A stretch of DNA of 50,231 bases from an uncultured Lachnospiraceae bacterium (GTDB lineage Bacteria > Bacillota > Clostridia > Lachnospirales > Lachnospiraceae), in NCBI GenBank assembly GCA_964643255.1, contig CAZXSM010000005.1, forward strand, positions 1-50,231, read 5' to 3'. Position 1 is the stretch's first letter. Each line of letters begins with the position of its first letter. Shown here in pieces: positions 38,270-47,395 of the stretch. The notes under the pieces were generated by a model. That model ran no database searches and had not been told where the DNA came from. It worked only from the letters and a program-made list of their open reading frames with translations. A program made the position numbers and the translations under genes.

Positions 38270-39511
38270 ATGTTAAAAAGGTTTTTAAGATGGTTTATGG
38301 GATATTTATATATTTCAATAAATGATGGATATCCAGAAAGATTTATAAATTTATGCAAAAACAATGATATATACATATGGAATCTTAAAAACATAGGTGG
38401 GCAATATCAATTTGAAATGTTAGCAAAGGATTATAAAAAACTAAAGACTATTGCAAAGAAATCCCATACATTACCCTGGATTGATAAAAAAATAGGCCTG
38501 CCTTTTACCCTACATAAATATAGAAAAAGAAAAGCCTTTGTATTAGGCTTGTTTATATTTGCCTTGATAATTTATATGCTTTCACTTAATATATGGAATA
38601 TTAGTGTAAATGGCGGAAGAACATATACCAAAGAAACCATCTTACAATTTCTAGAGACTCAAGATGTATATGTTGGAAAGAAAATTAAAGATATTGATTG
38701 TAGGGCAATAGAAGAAAACATAAGAGAAAGCTATACTGATATTGGTTGGGTATCAGCTGAAATAAAGGGTACAAACTTAATTATCAATCTTAAAGAAACC
38801 ACTTTACCTAGTAGTGGAAAAAAAGGAGATAGGCCAAGTCATATTGTTGCGTCAAAAAATGGTATTATTACTGAAACAGTGATTAGAAGTGGTACCCCTA
38901 TGGTTAATGTAGGGGATGTTGTAAAAAAGGGGGATATCTTAATTTCAGGGGTAGTTGAGGTAATAGGAGATAATGACCTTCTAGTATCAAAAGAGCCTGT
39001 TATGGCAGATGGAGATATACAAGCTAGAACCTATTATGAATATAAGGATAAGTTTCCACTTAAAACTACAGAAAAGGAATATACTAACAATAGTAAGACA
39101 AAATATGGAGTAAAAATTCTTTCTAAAGTATTAAATTTGTATAAATATAGGATTCCTTATGAAAGATATGATATAATTACCGAAGAAATTATTTTTCAAC
39201 CTGTAACAAATTTTTATTTTCCATTAAGTATAATAAAGCTTAATCTTTATGAATATATAGAAGTGGAAAAAATATATACTGAAAATGAAGCAAAAGATTT
39301 GGCTAAGACAAGATTAAATAGAGTTTTAAGGAAATTAGAAGAAAATGATGTTATAATACAAAATAATAGTGTAAAGTTTCAAACTAATAAGAAGTCTTGT
39401 ACTGCTACAGGTAATATAGTGGTAGAAGAATCTATTATTGATTATAAAATTGTAAATGAACATGAATGGAGGATGGAAACAGAAGATGAGCTTATTGGAG
39501 ACGACAATTGA
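38270..39511 (+). CDS. yqfD: Sporulation protein YqfD
   Basis: This ~410-aa protein has a single central TM helix. The N-terminus is FLRWFMGYLYISINDGYPERFINLC, typical of YqfD. It sits in the conserved yqfC-yqfD-phoH context. Confidence 0.85.
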   Translation: MLKRFLRWFMGYLYISINDGYPERFINLCKNNDIYIWNLKNIGGQYQFEMLAKDYKKLKTIAKKSHTLPWIDKKIGLPFTLHKYRKRKAFVLGLFIFALIIYMLSLNIWNISVNGGRTYTKETILQFLETQDVYVGKKIKDIDCRAIEENIRESYTDIGWVSAEIKGTNLIINLKETTLPSSGKKGDRPSHIVASKNGIITETVIRSGTPMVNVGDVVKKGDILISGVVEVIGDNDLLVSKEPVMADGDIQARTYYEYKDKFPLKTTEKEYTNNSKTKYGVKILSKVLNLYKYRIPYERYDIITEEIIFQPVTNFYFPLSIIKLNLYEYIEVEKIYTENEAKDLAKTRLNRVLRKLEENDVIIQNNSVKFQTNKKSCTATGNIVVEESIIDYKIVNEHEWRMETEDELIGDDN

Positions 39512-40496
39512 TATACCAGCCAAACATCAAAAGAATATATTTGGTCAACTTGACTCTTTAATAAAAAATATAGAAACAACATTGAATGTAGGTATGGTTG
39601 TAAGAGACAATAAAATCAAACTAGTTGGGCAAGCAGATAAAGTTGCAAAAGCAGAAGAAATAATTAACCAGCTGTATGAATTATCAAAGAAAGGTAATAC
39701 AATAACAGACCAAAGTGTTAATTATCTATTATCCATGACTAAGGATGAAAAGCCTAGCTCACTAGTAGAAATAGATAATGATATCATATGTCATACTGTA
39801 AGTGGAAAACCTATTAAACCCAAAACCCTTGGTCAAAAAGACTACGTAGATAAGATACGTAACAAGATGATTACTTTTGGCATAGGGCCTGCTGGTACTG
39901 GTAAGACTTACTTAGCAATGGCAATGGCAATCACCGCCTTTAAGAATGATAAGGTTAACAAAATTATACTAACCAGGCCTGCAATCGAAGCAGGTGAAAA
40001 CCTTGGCTTCTTGCCAGGTGACTTACAAAGTAAAGTGGATCCGTATTTACGACCTCTTTATGATGCACTTAATTTAATTATGGGGAATGAAGCATTTATA
40101 AAGAATGAAGAAAAAGGTCTAATAGAGGTAGCTCCACTGGCATACATGAGAGGAAGAACTCTAGATAGGGCTTTTATAATTCTAGATGAATCACAAAATA
40201 CAACTCCTGCTCAAATGAAAATGTTCCTAACCAGGATAGGTTATGGTTCTAAAGTGGTAGTTAACGGAGACTTGACTCAGAAGGATTTACCCAGAGGGAC
40301 CCAATCAGGTTTAGAACATGCAATTGAGGTCTTAAGTAATATTGATGATTTAGGGTTTTCATTTCTTACTAACAAGGATGTAGTAAGACACCCACTAGTT
40401 CAAAAGATTGTTAAGGCATATGATGATTTTGACAAGGCTGAAAGGTCAAGAAAAAAATATCAGAAAAAAACCAGTAAAAGATTAAAGCGAAAATAA
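39486..40496 (+). CDS. phoH: PhoH-like ATPase
   Basis: It carries Walker A GIGPAGTGKTYLAMA and Walker B FIILDESQN. The ORF opens at 39456 inside yqfD, and ATG 39486 is a more plausible start. Confidence 0.92.
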   Translation: MSLLETTIDIPAKHQKNIFGQLDSLIKNIETTLNVGMVVRDNKIKLVGQADKVAKAEEIINQLYELSKKGNTITDQSVNYLLSMTKDEKPSSLVEIDNDIICHTVSGKPIKPKTLGQKDYVDKIRNKMITFGIGPAGTGKTYLAMAMAITAFKNDKVNKIILTRPAIEAGENLGFLPGDLQSKVDPYLRPLYDALNLIMGNEAFIKNEEKGLIEVAPLAYMRGRTLDRAFIILDESQNTTPAQMKMFLTRIGYGSKVVVNGDLTQKDLPRGTQSGLEHAIEVLSNIDDLGFSFLTNKDVVRHPLVQKIVKAYDDFDKAERSRKKYQKKTSKRLKRK

Positions 40497-40524
40497 AAAA
40501 GTGTTTTAAAGAAAGGTTTTAAAT

Positions 40525-41025
40525 ATGAGTATCAATATTGAGTATGAAAGTGATATTGCTCTAGACTTAGATTATGAAGATATTATATATAAAGTAGTAG
40601 CAAAAACATTAGAACTAGAAGAATTTCCTTATGAAGTTGAACTTAATTTTCTATTAACTGATAATAATGTTGTGCAAGAAATAAACAAAAAGTTTAGAAA
40701 AATAGATTCACCTACAGATGTTTTATCCTTTCCTATGATTGAATTTGAAGAGATTGATGAGTTTTTCTATTTAGAAGATGAGATTTATGATAAGGACTTC
40801 AATCCTGAAACAGGAGAGCTAGTCTTAGGGGACATTGTAATATCTGTTGAAAAAATAATCGGACAAGCACAGGAATATGGTCATTCTACAAAAAGAGAAC
40901 TAGCATTTTTAGTTGCTCATAGCATGTTACATTTGTTTGGATATGACCATGAGGAGGAAGAAGAGCGTTTGATAATGGAAAGTAAACAGAAAAAGATATT
41001 ACTTGATTTAAATATTGGGAGGTAA
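40525..41025 (+). CDS. ybeY: rRNA maturation endoribonuclease YbeY
   Basis: It has the zinc motif HSMLHLFGYDH, plus DVLSFP. Confidence 0.93.
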   Translation: MSINIEYESDIALDLDYEDIIYKVVAKTLELEEFPYEVELNFLLTDNNVVQEINKKFRKIDSPTDVLSFPMIEFEEIDEFFYLEDEIYDKDFNPETGELVLGDIVISVEKIIGQAQEYGHSTKRELAFLVAHSMLHLFGYDHEEEEERLIMESKQKKILLDLNIGR

Positions 41026-42123
41026 ATGATGAAGAAAAGTATAGGACTTATATTATTAGTCACTATATTAGTTTTAGTGGGTTGTAGTAAACAAGATGAT
41101 ACGGATGATTTAGAGATTAATAAGGAAACAGAAGCTGAAATTGTAGAAGAAAGTGAAGAAAAGACCGAAGAGGAAACTGAAGAGGAGATCCAAGTTGTAG
41201 AAATTCCTGCAGGATATGTTATAAGCAGGCTTAGTGGTGAATATATACCAGAAGATCTAGCAGGAAGAAGACCCTATATTTTAATGATAAATAACATTAA
41301 AGATGCAAACCCTCAAAGTGGAACTTCACAGGCTACTATAATATATGAAGCCTTAGTTGAAGGTGGAATAACAAGATTAATGGGTGTTTTTGAAGATTTT
41401 AGTGCAGATAGAATTGGGTCAATTCGTAGTGGAAGACAATATTTCGCAAGTATTGCAGATGAGTATGATTCGATTTTTGTAAGTTTTGGTGAATCATCAA
41501 ATTGTACTAGTAAGATTCAAGAACTTGGCTTAGACCAGCTTAGTGGCTTAAGAGGTGAAGGTGGAACTGTCTTCTACCGTGATTCGTCTATAAAAGCACC
41601 CCATAATGCTTTTGCAAGTAAAGAAGGTGTTATAAAAGGGACAGAGATGAAAGAGTTTAATACAGATTATAATGATGGTTTGAATAATCATTTTATCTTC
41701 TATAAGGAAGACACAGACTTAACAAGTGATCAAGATGTTAATAAACTCACCTTGAAATTCTCAAATTATGCAAGCCCCTACTTTGTATACGATAGTGAAA
41801 ACAAGTTGTATAACAGGTTTCAATATGGGAGTGAGCACATTGATGCTAACACTGGAGAACAATTAAAGTTTAAGAATATTATAGTTCAATTTGTAGATGG
41901 ATTTGATATTGATGAAACTTATTCATTTTCGTTTAAGGAAGCTAGTGGAGATGGATACTTCATTACAAATGGGAAAGCAAGTCCAATAACATGGGATAAA
42001 AATGAACAAAACAGAAGTATGGTTTATTACAACAGTGACAAGAGTATGTTAGAAATAAACCCTGGCAAAACATTTATTGCTATATTTCCTGGAGACAAAA
42101 CATCTGATATTGTCTTCGAATAA
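41026..42123 (+). CDS. DUF3048 (YerB-like) lipoprotein
   Basis: It has a signal peptide with the lipobox LVGCS and an acidic linker. The conserved PQSG...IIYEALVEGGITRLM and IGSIRSGRQYF segments are typical of DUF3048. Confidence 0.75.
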   Translation: MMKKSIGLILLVTILVLVGCSKQDDTDDLEINKETEAEIVEESEEKTEEETEEEIQVVEIPAGYVISRLSGEYIPEDLAGRRPYILMINNIKDANPQSGTSQATIIYEALVEGGITRLMGVFEDFSADRIGSIRSGRQYFASIADEYDSIFVSFGESSNCTSKIQELGLDQLSGLRGEGGTVFYRDSSIKAPHNAFASKEGVIKGTEMKEFNTDYNDGLNNHFIFYKEDTDLTSDQDVNKLTLKFSNYASPYFVYDSENKLYNRFQYGSEHIDANTGEQLKFKNIIVQFVDGFDIDETYSFSFKEASGDGYFITNGKASPITWDKNEQNRSMVYYNSDKSMLEINPGKTFIAIFPGDKTSDIVFE

Positions 42124-42171
42124 GGAAAACACACGAAAGACATTACACAAATAGGTACTTAGGAGGATTTT

Positions 42172-43803
42172 ATGGCAACCAATAAATCAAGTAATAATTT
42201 TTTAGTGCAAGGAGGACTATTAGCTTTTGCATCAATTCTTGTACGTCTTATAGGATTATTATATAGAATACCTCTAACTAATATAGTTGGTGATGAGGGA
42301 ATGGGATATTACTCAAGTGCTTATTTAATATATAATATTGCCTTGCTAATTTCTTCCTATAGTTTACCTTTGGCAGTGTCAAAGCTTGTTGCTTCAAGAG
42401 TTATAAAAAACCAATATAAAAATTCATTTCGTATATTTATTAGTGCATTAATTTTTGGATCTCTAATTGGCTTAGCTACATCATTGATAGTTTATTTTGG
42501 AGCAGATTATTTTGCTATAAATATATTGAAATCTCCTCGAACAGCCATGCCACTTAAAATACTTGCACCAACTATTTTTGTATTTTCTATAATGGGTGTT
42601 CTTAGAGGCTTTTTTCAGGGAAACAATTCAATGGTTCAGACCTCTATTTCTCAAATAATCGAGCAAATATTCAATGCAATTGTATCCATTGTTGCTTCAT
42701 ATTACCTAATAAAACAATATAGCTTATCTGTGGATTCAGCAGCATATGGTGCAGCAGGAGCTACTTTAGGTACACTATTAGGGGCAATTGCAGCACTAGC
42801 TTTTTTAATATTTGTCTTTGTTTTAAATTGGAACTATATTAAAAGTAGAGTTGTAAATGACAAGACTGACCATGTTGATACATATACATTTATTATAAAG
42901 ATGCTTATAATGACCATAGTTCCAGCAGTTTTAAGTCAGACGGTTTATCAGTTAGGTAGTATCCTTGATACATCTATATTCCAACATGTTATGGCAGGCA
43001 AGGGTTACAACGAAGCAGAAAGAAATATCTTACTAGGTATTTTTAATAATAAGTTTCGTTTGTTAACTAATTTACCTGTATCCCTAGCTACAGCTTTAGC
43101 TACCGCTATTGTTCCTAGTATAGTTTCTTCAAAGACTAATGGTATGATGATGGAATTAAAAAACAAGATAAGCTTGGGAGTAAAAAGTGTTATGATTATC
43201 GCCCTTCCTTGTGCAGCAGGATTTACAGTATTAGCATCACCTATCTTAAAGCTTCTTTTTCAAGATGGAGGAGAGCTTCCAGCACAAATGTTACAGGTTG
43301 GATCTATTGCCTTGGTATTCTATTCATACTCAACAATTACTAATGGGGTTTTACAAGGAATAGATAAGATGAGTAAGCCGGTTATTCATTCAAGTATAGG
43401 ATTAGTAGTACATTTAATTATTTTATATTTTCTACTAAAATTTACAGACTTAGGTGTGTTTGCTCTAATTATTGTTAATATTATATTTCCACTTATTATT
43501 TCTATTCTTAATTGGATCTATATTAAGAAAATTCTTGAATACAGGCAAGAAATCAAGAAAACATTTATTGTACCTTTAATAAGTTCTATAATTATGGGAA
43601 TTGTTGCAGGATTTACATATAAGGGAATATACTCATTTATAGGTATAAACTCTATAAGTACTCTTGGTGCTATAGCGGCAGCAGTAATTGTATACTTTGC
43701 TTTATTATTATTATTAAAAGGTATATCTGAAGAAGAGTTGTATCAACTTCCAAAAGGAGATAAAATAATTAAAATTGCAAGAAAATTAAGATTGCTTAGA
43801 TAA
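42172..43803 (+). CDS. MOP-superfamily flippase (MurJ / SpoVB-like polysaccharide biosynthesis protein)
   Basis: This 543-aa protein has about 14 predicted TM helices. The N-terminus is GGLLAFASILVRLIGLLYRIPLTNIVGDEGMGYY, typical of SpoVB/MurJ-like proteins in Firmicutes. Confidence 0.8.
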   Translation: MATNKSSNNFLVQGGLLAFASILVRLIGLLYRIPLTNIVGDEGMGYYSSAYLIYNIALLISSYSLPLAVSKLVASRVIKNQYKNSFRIFISALIFGSLIGLATSLIVYFGADYFAINILKSPRTAMPLKILAPTIFVFSIMGVLRGFFQGNNSMVQTSISQIIEQIFNAIVSIVASYYLIKQYSLSVDSAAYGAAGATLGTLLGAIAALAFLIFVFVLNWNYIKSRVVNDKTDHVDTYTFIIKMLIMTIVPAVLSQTVYQLGSILDTSIFQHVMAGKGYNEAERNILLGIFNNKFRLLTNLPVSLATALATAIVPSIVSSKTNGMMMELKNKISLGVKSVMIIALPCAAGFTVLASPILKLLFQDGGELPAQMLQVGSIALVFYSYSTITNGVLQGIDKMSKPVIHSSIGLVVHLIILYFLLKFTDLGVFALIIVNIIFPLIISILNWIYIKKILEYRQEIKKTFIVPLISSIIMGIVAGFTYKGIYSFIGINSISTLGAIAAAVIVYFALLLLLKGISEEELYQLPKGDKIIKIARKLRLLR

Positions 43804-43872
43804 TTAAATATTTAATTTGAAATTGTATAAACTGGAAAAACTGGCGAATACTAATATCAAAGGAGTGATTTT

Positions 43873-44640
43873 ATGAAAAACAAAAAGATATTAGTATATT
43901 TAGTCAGTTTTTTATCTTTATCCTTTGTTTTATCTGCAGGATATTATTATAGTTATACGAAAGCCTTACAAGATTTTAATAAGACTGCAAATAAAAGAGA
44001 TAATGATCTTATTATGTCATTAGAAGATAAAGGTTTAATAATTGTTCAAGAAGATAGTCTTGATAAGTTTTTAGAAAATAATTCCAATAGTTCTAATATA
44101 AATGACTCTAATGATAATTTTGTAAATAAAGAAGACAATCATAATTCAAATAATAATTTTCCTAATGAAGCTGTTGAAGTCGACGCCAATGATGAGACTC
44201 TAGTCCTTCCATCAACAAAATATATTTTACAAACATATAATATAGACACAGATGAATTAACAGATGAAACATTACAAGTTCCAAGTTACCTGGTAGGTTT
44301 AAACAGAGATGAAGTCATTGAGTATCTTGATAGTTATATGGAAGACTTGCCTTGGAATGAGTTTAGAGATGGACTTAGTGCTTATGAATTGCTTTTATTT
44401 TCAGACAAGGAAATTATAATAAAGAAAACCTATAATCCTGAATTAGTTCAATATCAATTCTTTATTAAGGCTGTTGATGACATTATAGTTGTATTTTATA
44501 GTGATCAAAAGACAGTTTATCAATATACCAATATGTCAGTAAGAGATTTACCTGATGAAGACAAATCTAGACTAGAAGAAGGTTATTTTATAGAAGATCA
44601 CGAAAAGCTCTACGCAATATTAGAAAATTACACAAGCTAA
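43873..44640 (+). CDS. Membrane-anchored hypothetical protein with an Asn-rich linker, possibly carrying BofC_C-like domain(s)
   Basis: The start has a good RBS (AAAGGAG), followed by an N-terminal TM helix and the low-complexity segment NNSNSSNINDSNDN. The C-terminal pattern IIVVFYSD...YQYTNMSVRDLPDEDKSRLEEGYFIEDHEKLYAILENYTS resembles BofC C-terminal-type domains, judged from memory only. Confidence 0.5.
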   Translation: MKNKKILVYLVSFLSLSFVLSAGYYYSYTKALQDFNKTANKRDNDLIMSLEDKGLIIVQEDSLDKFLENNSNSSNINDSNDNFVNKEDNHNSNNNFPNEAVEVDANDETLVLPSTKYILQTYNIDTDELTDETLQVPSYLVGLNRDEVIEYLDSYMEDLPWNEFRDGLSAYELLLFSDKEIIIKKTYNPELVQYQFFIKAVDDIIVVFYSDQKTVYQYTNMSVRDLPDEDKSRLEEGYFIEDHEKLYAILENYTS

Positions 44641-44693
44641 ATTCTGTCGTAGGAACGGCTTGGGGATATGAACTAGGCTATTTTCTGATGCCT

Positions 44694-44791
44694 GGACACA
44701 AAACTATAAATGTTCTCCACTTTCAAACACTTAGATATGAGAGTATATATCTAAGTGTTTGCCATTGGAGTACATTTATGGCATTATGTCC
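44694..44791. other. Imperfect palindrome / rod-like hairpin of 98 nt (unclassified ncRNA or repeat element)
   Basis: Four stems are read. They pair GGACA with TGTCC, ATAAATGT with ACATTTAT, CTCCA with TGGAG, and AAACACTTAGATAT with ATATCTAAGTGTTT. They are separated by symmetric 7x7, 1x1 and 5x5 internal loops, and the apical loop is the 8-nt GAGAGTAT. Confidence 0.5.
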
Positions 44792-44977
44792 ATTCATACA
44801 GAAAACACCTATTAGGTTAGATTGTGGTAATTTAGGTAGGTTAGGGATTATGGGGTTGAAATATTGTTTGGTTCTGATAAAATAGACTTATTATATTTTG
44901 AAGAAAATTATTGGTTTTGACTTGATAGATGTAGTAGAGAATTTTAGCTTTTGCAGATGAAGTATGAGGTGGCTTGA

Positions 44978-46189
44978 ATGGATAAGGTTATTATTGTTGG
45001 TGGAGGTGCTTCGGGGCTTGTGGCCGGGATATTTGCGGCTAGGGCAGGAAAGGCTGTTACGATTTTAGAGCAAAAGGATAGGGTAGGGAAGAAGATATTA
45101 GCTACTGGTAATGGTAGATGTAATTATACTAATTCTCATATGGAACTTTCCTGCTTTAACAGTGAGAATATAGATTTTGTTGAGAAAGCCTTAGATAGAT
45201 TTTCCTACCAAGAAACCATAAACTTTTTTATGAATTTAGGTATATATCCTAAAGACATAAAGGGTTATACTTATCCATATTCACTCCAGGCTTTATCTGT
45301 GGTTCATGTTTTGGAGTTAGAGGCACTTTACTTAGAAGTTAATATTATCTGTAATATTAGTGTTAAGCAGATTAAGAAAAGCAATGATATATTTCTTGTG
45401 GAAACAGATAAGAAGAATTATAAGGCTAACAAGGTTATTTTAGCTAATGGAGGATGTGCATCTCCTAACCTAGGATCTGATGGCAGTGGTTATGCCCTTG
45501 CTAAGAAACTTGGGCATAAGATTATTGAGCCTTTACCGGGACTTGTACAATTAGTATCTGATGAAAAGTTTACAAAAATGATTGCTGGTATTAGGACAGA
45601 TGCACTGATTAATGTCTATATTGATGATGAATTAGTAAGTTATCAAAGAGGAGAGCTGCAGTTTACTAAGTATGGAGTCTCAGGTATTGTGACCTTACAA
45701 ATTAGTAGGTTTGCATCAAAAGCCTTGAATTCATCTAAGAAGGTCATGTTAAACATCGATTTGTTTCCTGATATGGAATGGCAAGATATAATCGACTTAA
45801 TTGAAAACAGAATAAACAATAATCCCTATAAAAACATGGAAGAAATCTTTTATGGATTATTTAATAATAAACTAGTATTAGCTTTATTAAAGAGAACTAA
45901 CATTTCTAAAGATATGAAATGTAATAAGTTAGATAAGGCTAATTTAATTAAGCTTGTTGATATGATTAAGAACTTTAATATGAATGTTGTTGATACTAAA
46001 GACTTCTCAATGGCACAAGTAACCGTAGGTGGAGTAGATACATCAAGTGTAAATCCAGATACTATGGAATCAAAAATAGTAAAAGGTTTATATTTTTGTG
46101 GTGAGATATTAGACGTAGATGGAACTTGCGGAGGTTATAACTTACAATGGGCATGGACTAGCGGCTATATAGCTGGAAAGTCAGTATAA
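44978..46189 (+). CDS. HI0933/YhiN/BaiN-like NAD(FAD)-dependent flavoprotein
   Basis: It has the N-terminal dinucleotide fold VIIVGGGASGLVAG and GNGRCN. The C-terminus is FCGEILDVDGTCGGYNLQWAWTSG, typical of the HI0933 family. Confidence 0.88.
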   Translation: MDKVIIVGGGASGLVAGIFAARAGKAVTILEQKDRVGKKILATGNGRCNYTNSHMELSCFNSENIDFVEKALDRFSYQETINFFMNLGIYPKDIKGYTYPYSLQALSVVHVLELEALYLEVNIICNISVKQIKKSNDIFLVETDKKNYKANKVILANGGCASPNLGSDGSGYALAKKLGHKIIEPLPGLVQLVSDEKFTKMIAGIRTDALINVYIDDELVSYQRGELQFTKYGVSGIVTLQISRFASKALNSSKKVMLNIDLFPDMEWQDIIDLIENRINNNPYKNMEEIFYGLFNNKLVLALLKRTNISKDMKCNKLDKANLIKLVDMIKNFNMNVVDTKDFSMAQVTVGGVDTSSVNPDTMESKIVKGLYFCGEILDVDGTCGGYNLQWAWTSGYIAGKSV

Positions 46190-46243
46190 AATTCTATCAA
46201 ATTAATATATATGATAAAAGTAAGCTTGCTAAGGAAGGAAACA

Positions 46244-47104
46244 ATGGATAAACATAGAGAAAGATTTATGGATAAACAAAGAATTGTAGTAAAAATTGGG
46301 TCTAGTTCTTTAACTCATAAAGAAACAGGCAAGATAAACCTTGTTAAAATAGAAAGGTTAGTAAGGGTATTAACTGACCTAAGAAACATGGGTAAAGATG
46401 TGGTATTAGTTTCTTCGGGTTCAATTGCTGTTGGTAGGCAAACCTTTAGCCTAAAAGAAAAACCTAAAGAGAAAAGTTTAAATCAGGCCTGTGCAGCAGT
46501 AGGTCAAGCAAGATTAATAATGATTTACCAAAAATTCTTTTCAGAATATAATCAAATATCAGCCCAGATATTAATGACTAAAGATACTATGATAAATCCT
46601 ACAAGTAGAAAAAATGCTCTTAATACATTTCAAAAATTGTTTGAACTAAGTGTTATTCCAGTTGTAAATGAGAACGACACAGTTTCAACAGATGAAATTG
46701 AATTTGGAGATAATGATACTTTGTCAGCTATAGTTACTGCTTTAATAGGAGCTGACTTGCTGATTTTATTATCTGACATAGATGGATTATTTACTGACGA
46801 TCCAAATGTTAATGGTAATGCTAAATTTATAGAGCACGTAGACTACATAGATGAGGAACTTATAAACATGTGTAAGGATACTAATGGAGGTCTTGGTACA
46901 GGGGGAATGGCCACTAAGATAGAGGCTGCCAAGATAGCAACGGGATCAGGAGCAGATATGGTTATTGCTAATGGTGACGATGTACATATAATTGAAAAAA
47001 TTATTGACGGAGAAAATGTAGGCACATTATTTACTGCCCACAATAATGAAAACTTTGTTTTATTAGATTATTTGAAAAAACGAAGAAAACCAGAAAGGAT
47101 ATAA
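46244..47104 (+). CDS. proB: Glutamate 5-kinase (short form, apparently without a PUA domain)
   Basis: The motifs are IVVKIGSSSLT, VSSGSIAVG, NENDTVSTDEIEFGDNDTLSA and GTGGMATKIEAA. ATG 46244 follows AAGGAAGGA. The length is about 286 aa. Confidence 0.92.
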   Translation: MDKHRERFMDKQRIVVKIGSSSLTHKETGKINLVKIERLVRVLTDLRNMGKDVVLVSSGSIAVGRQTFSLKEKPKEKSLNQACAAVGQARLIMIYQKFFSEYNQISAQILMTKDTMINPTSRKNALNTFQKLFELSVIPVVNENDTVSTDEIEFGDNDTLSAIVTALIGADLLILLSDIDGLFTDDPNVNGNAKFIEHVDYIDEELINMCKDTNGGLGTGGMATKIEAAKIATGSGADMVIANGDDVHIIEKIIDGENVGTLFTAHNNENFVLLDYLKKRRKPERI

Positions 47105-47105
47105 A

Positions 47106-47330
47106 GTGTCAGAACAAGGATTAAATTTAGATAGAATAAATGAATTATATAAAAAATCAAAAACAGAAGGTTTAACAAAAGAAGAACAAGAAGAACAAGA
47201 TAAACTTAGAAAAAATTATATAGAGTCAGTTAGAAGAAACTTACGAGGACAATTAGAAAATGTATCAATAGTTGAGAAAGATGGTAGTGTTACAAAATTG
47301 TCTAAGAAAAACAAAAAGAATAACAATTAG
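47106..47330 (+). CDS. DUF896 / UPF0291 (YnzC-like) small protein
   Basis: The GTG start lies 6 nt after GAAAGGA. The segment RINELYKKSKTEGLTKEEQEEQDKLRKNYIESVRRNL matches the YnzC-family pattern. Confidence 0.8.
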   Translation: MSEQGLNLDRINELYKKSKTEGLTKEEQEEQDKLRKNYIESVRRNLRGQLENVSIVEKDGSVTKLSKKNKKNNN

Positions 47331-47395
47331 TAAAAATTATATTAAGGTAAACGCTCATATTACACTAAACCAAATTATTGGAAAGGATGGGTTTA

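Noticed and set aside
44688-44885. A 65-aa plus-strand ORF (MPGHKTINVLHF...) in the 44.7-kb intergenic region.
   Set aside because: It has no Shine-Dalgarno sequence, and it runs through both arms of the 98-nt palindrome and the G-rich repeat. The composition is not protein-like and no family was recognised, so I treat it as non-coding.
44641-44900. The idea that the 44.7-kb structured region is 6S RNA (ssrS).
   Set aside because: I could not find a closing stem between the 5' flank (44641-44693) and the 3' flank (44792-44900). There is also no large central bubble architecture, only a single rod.
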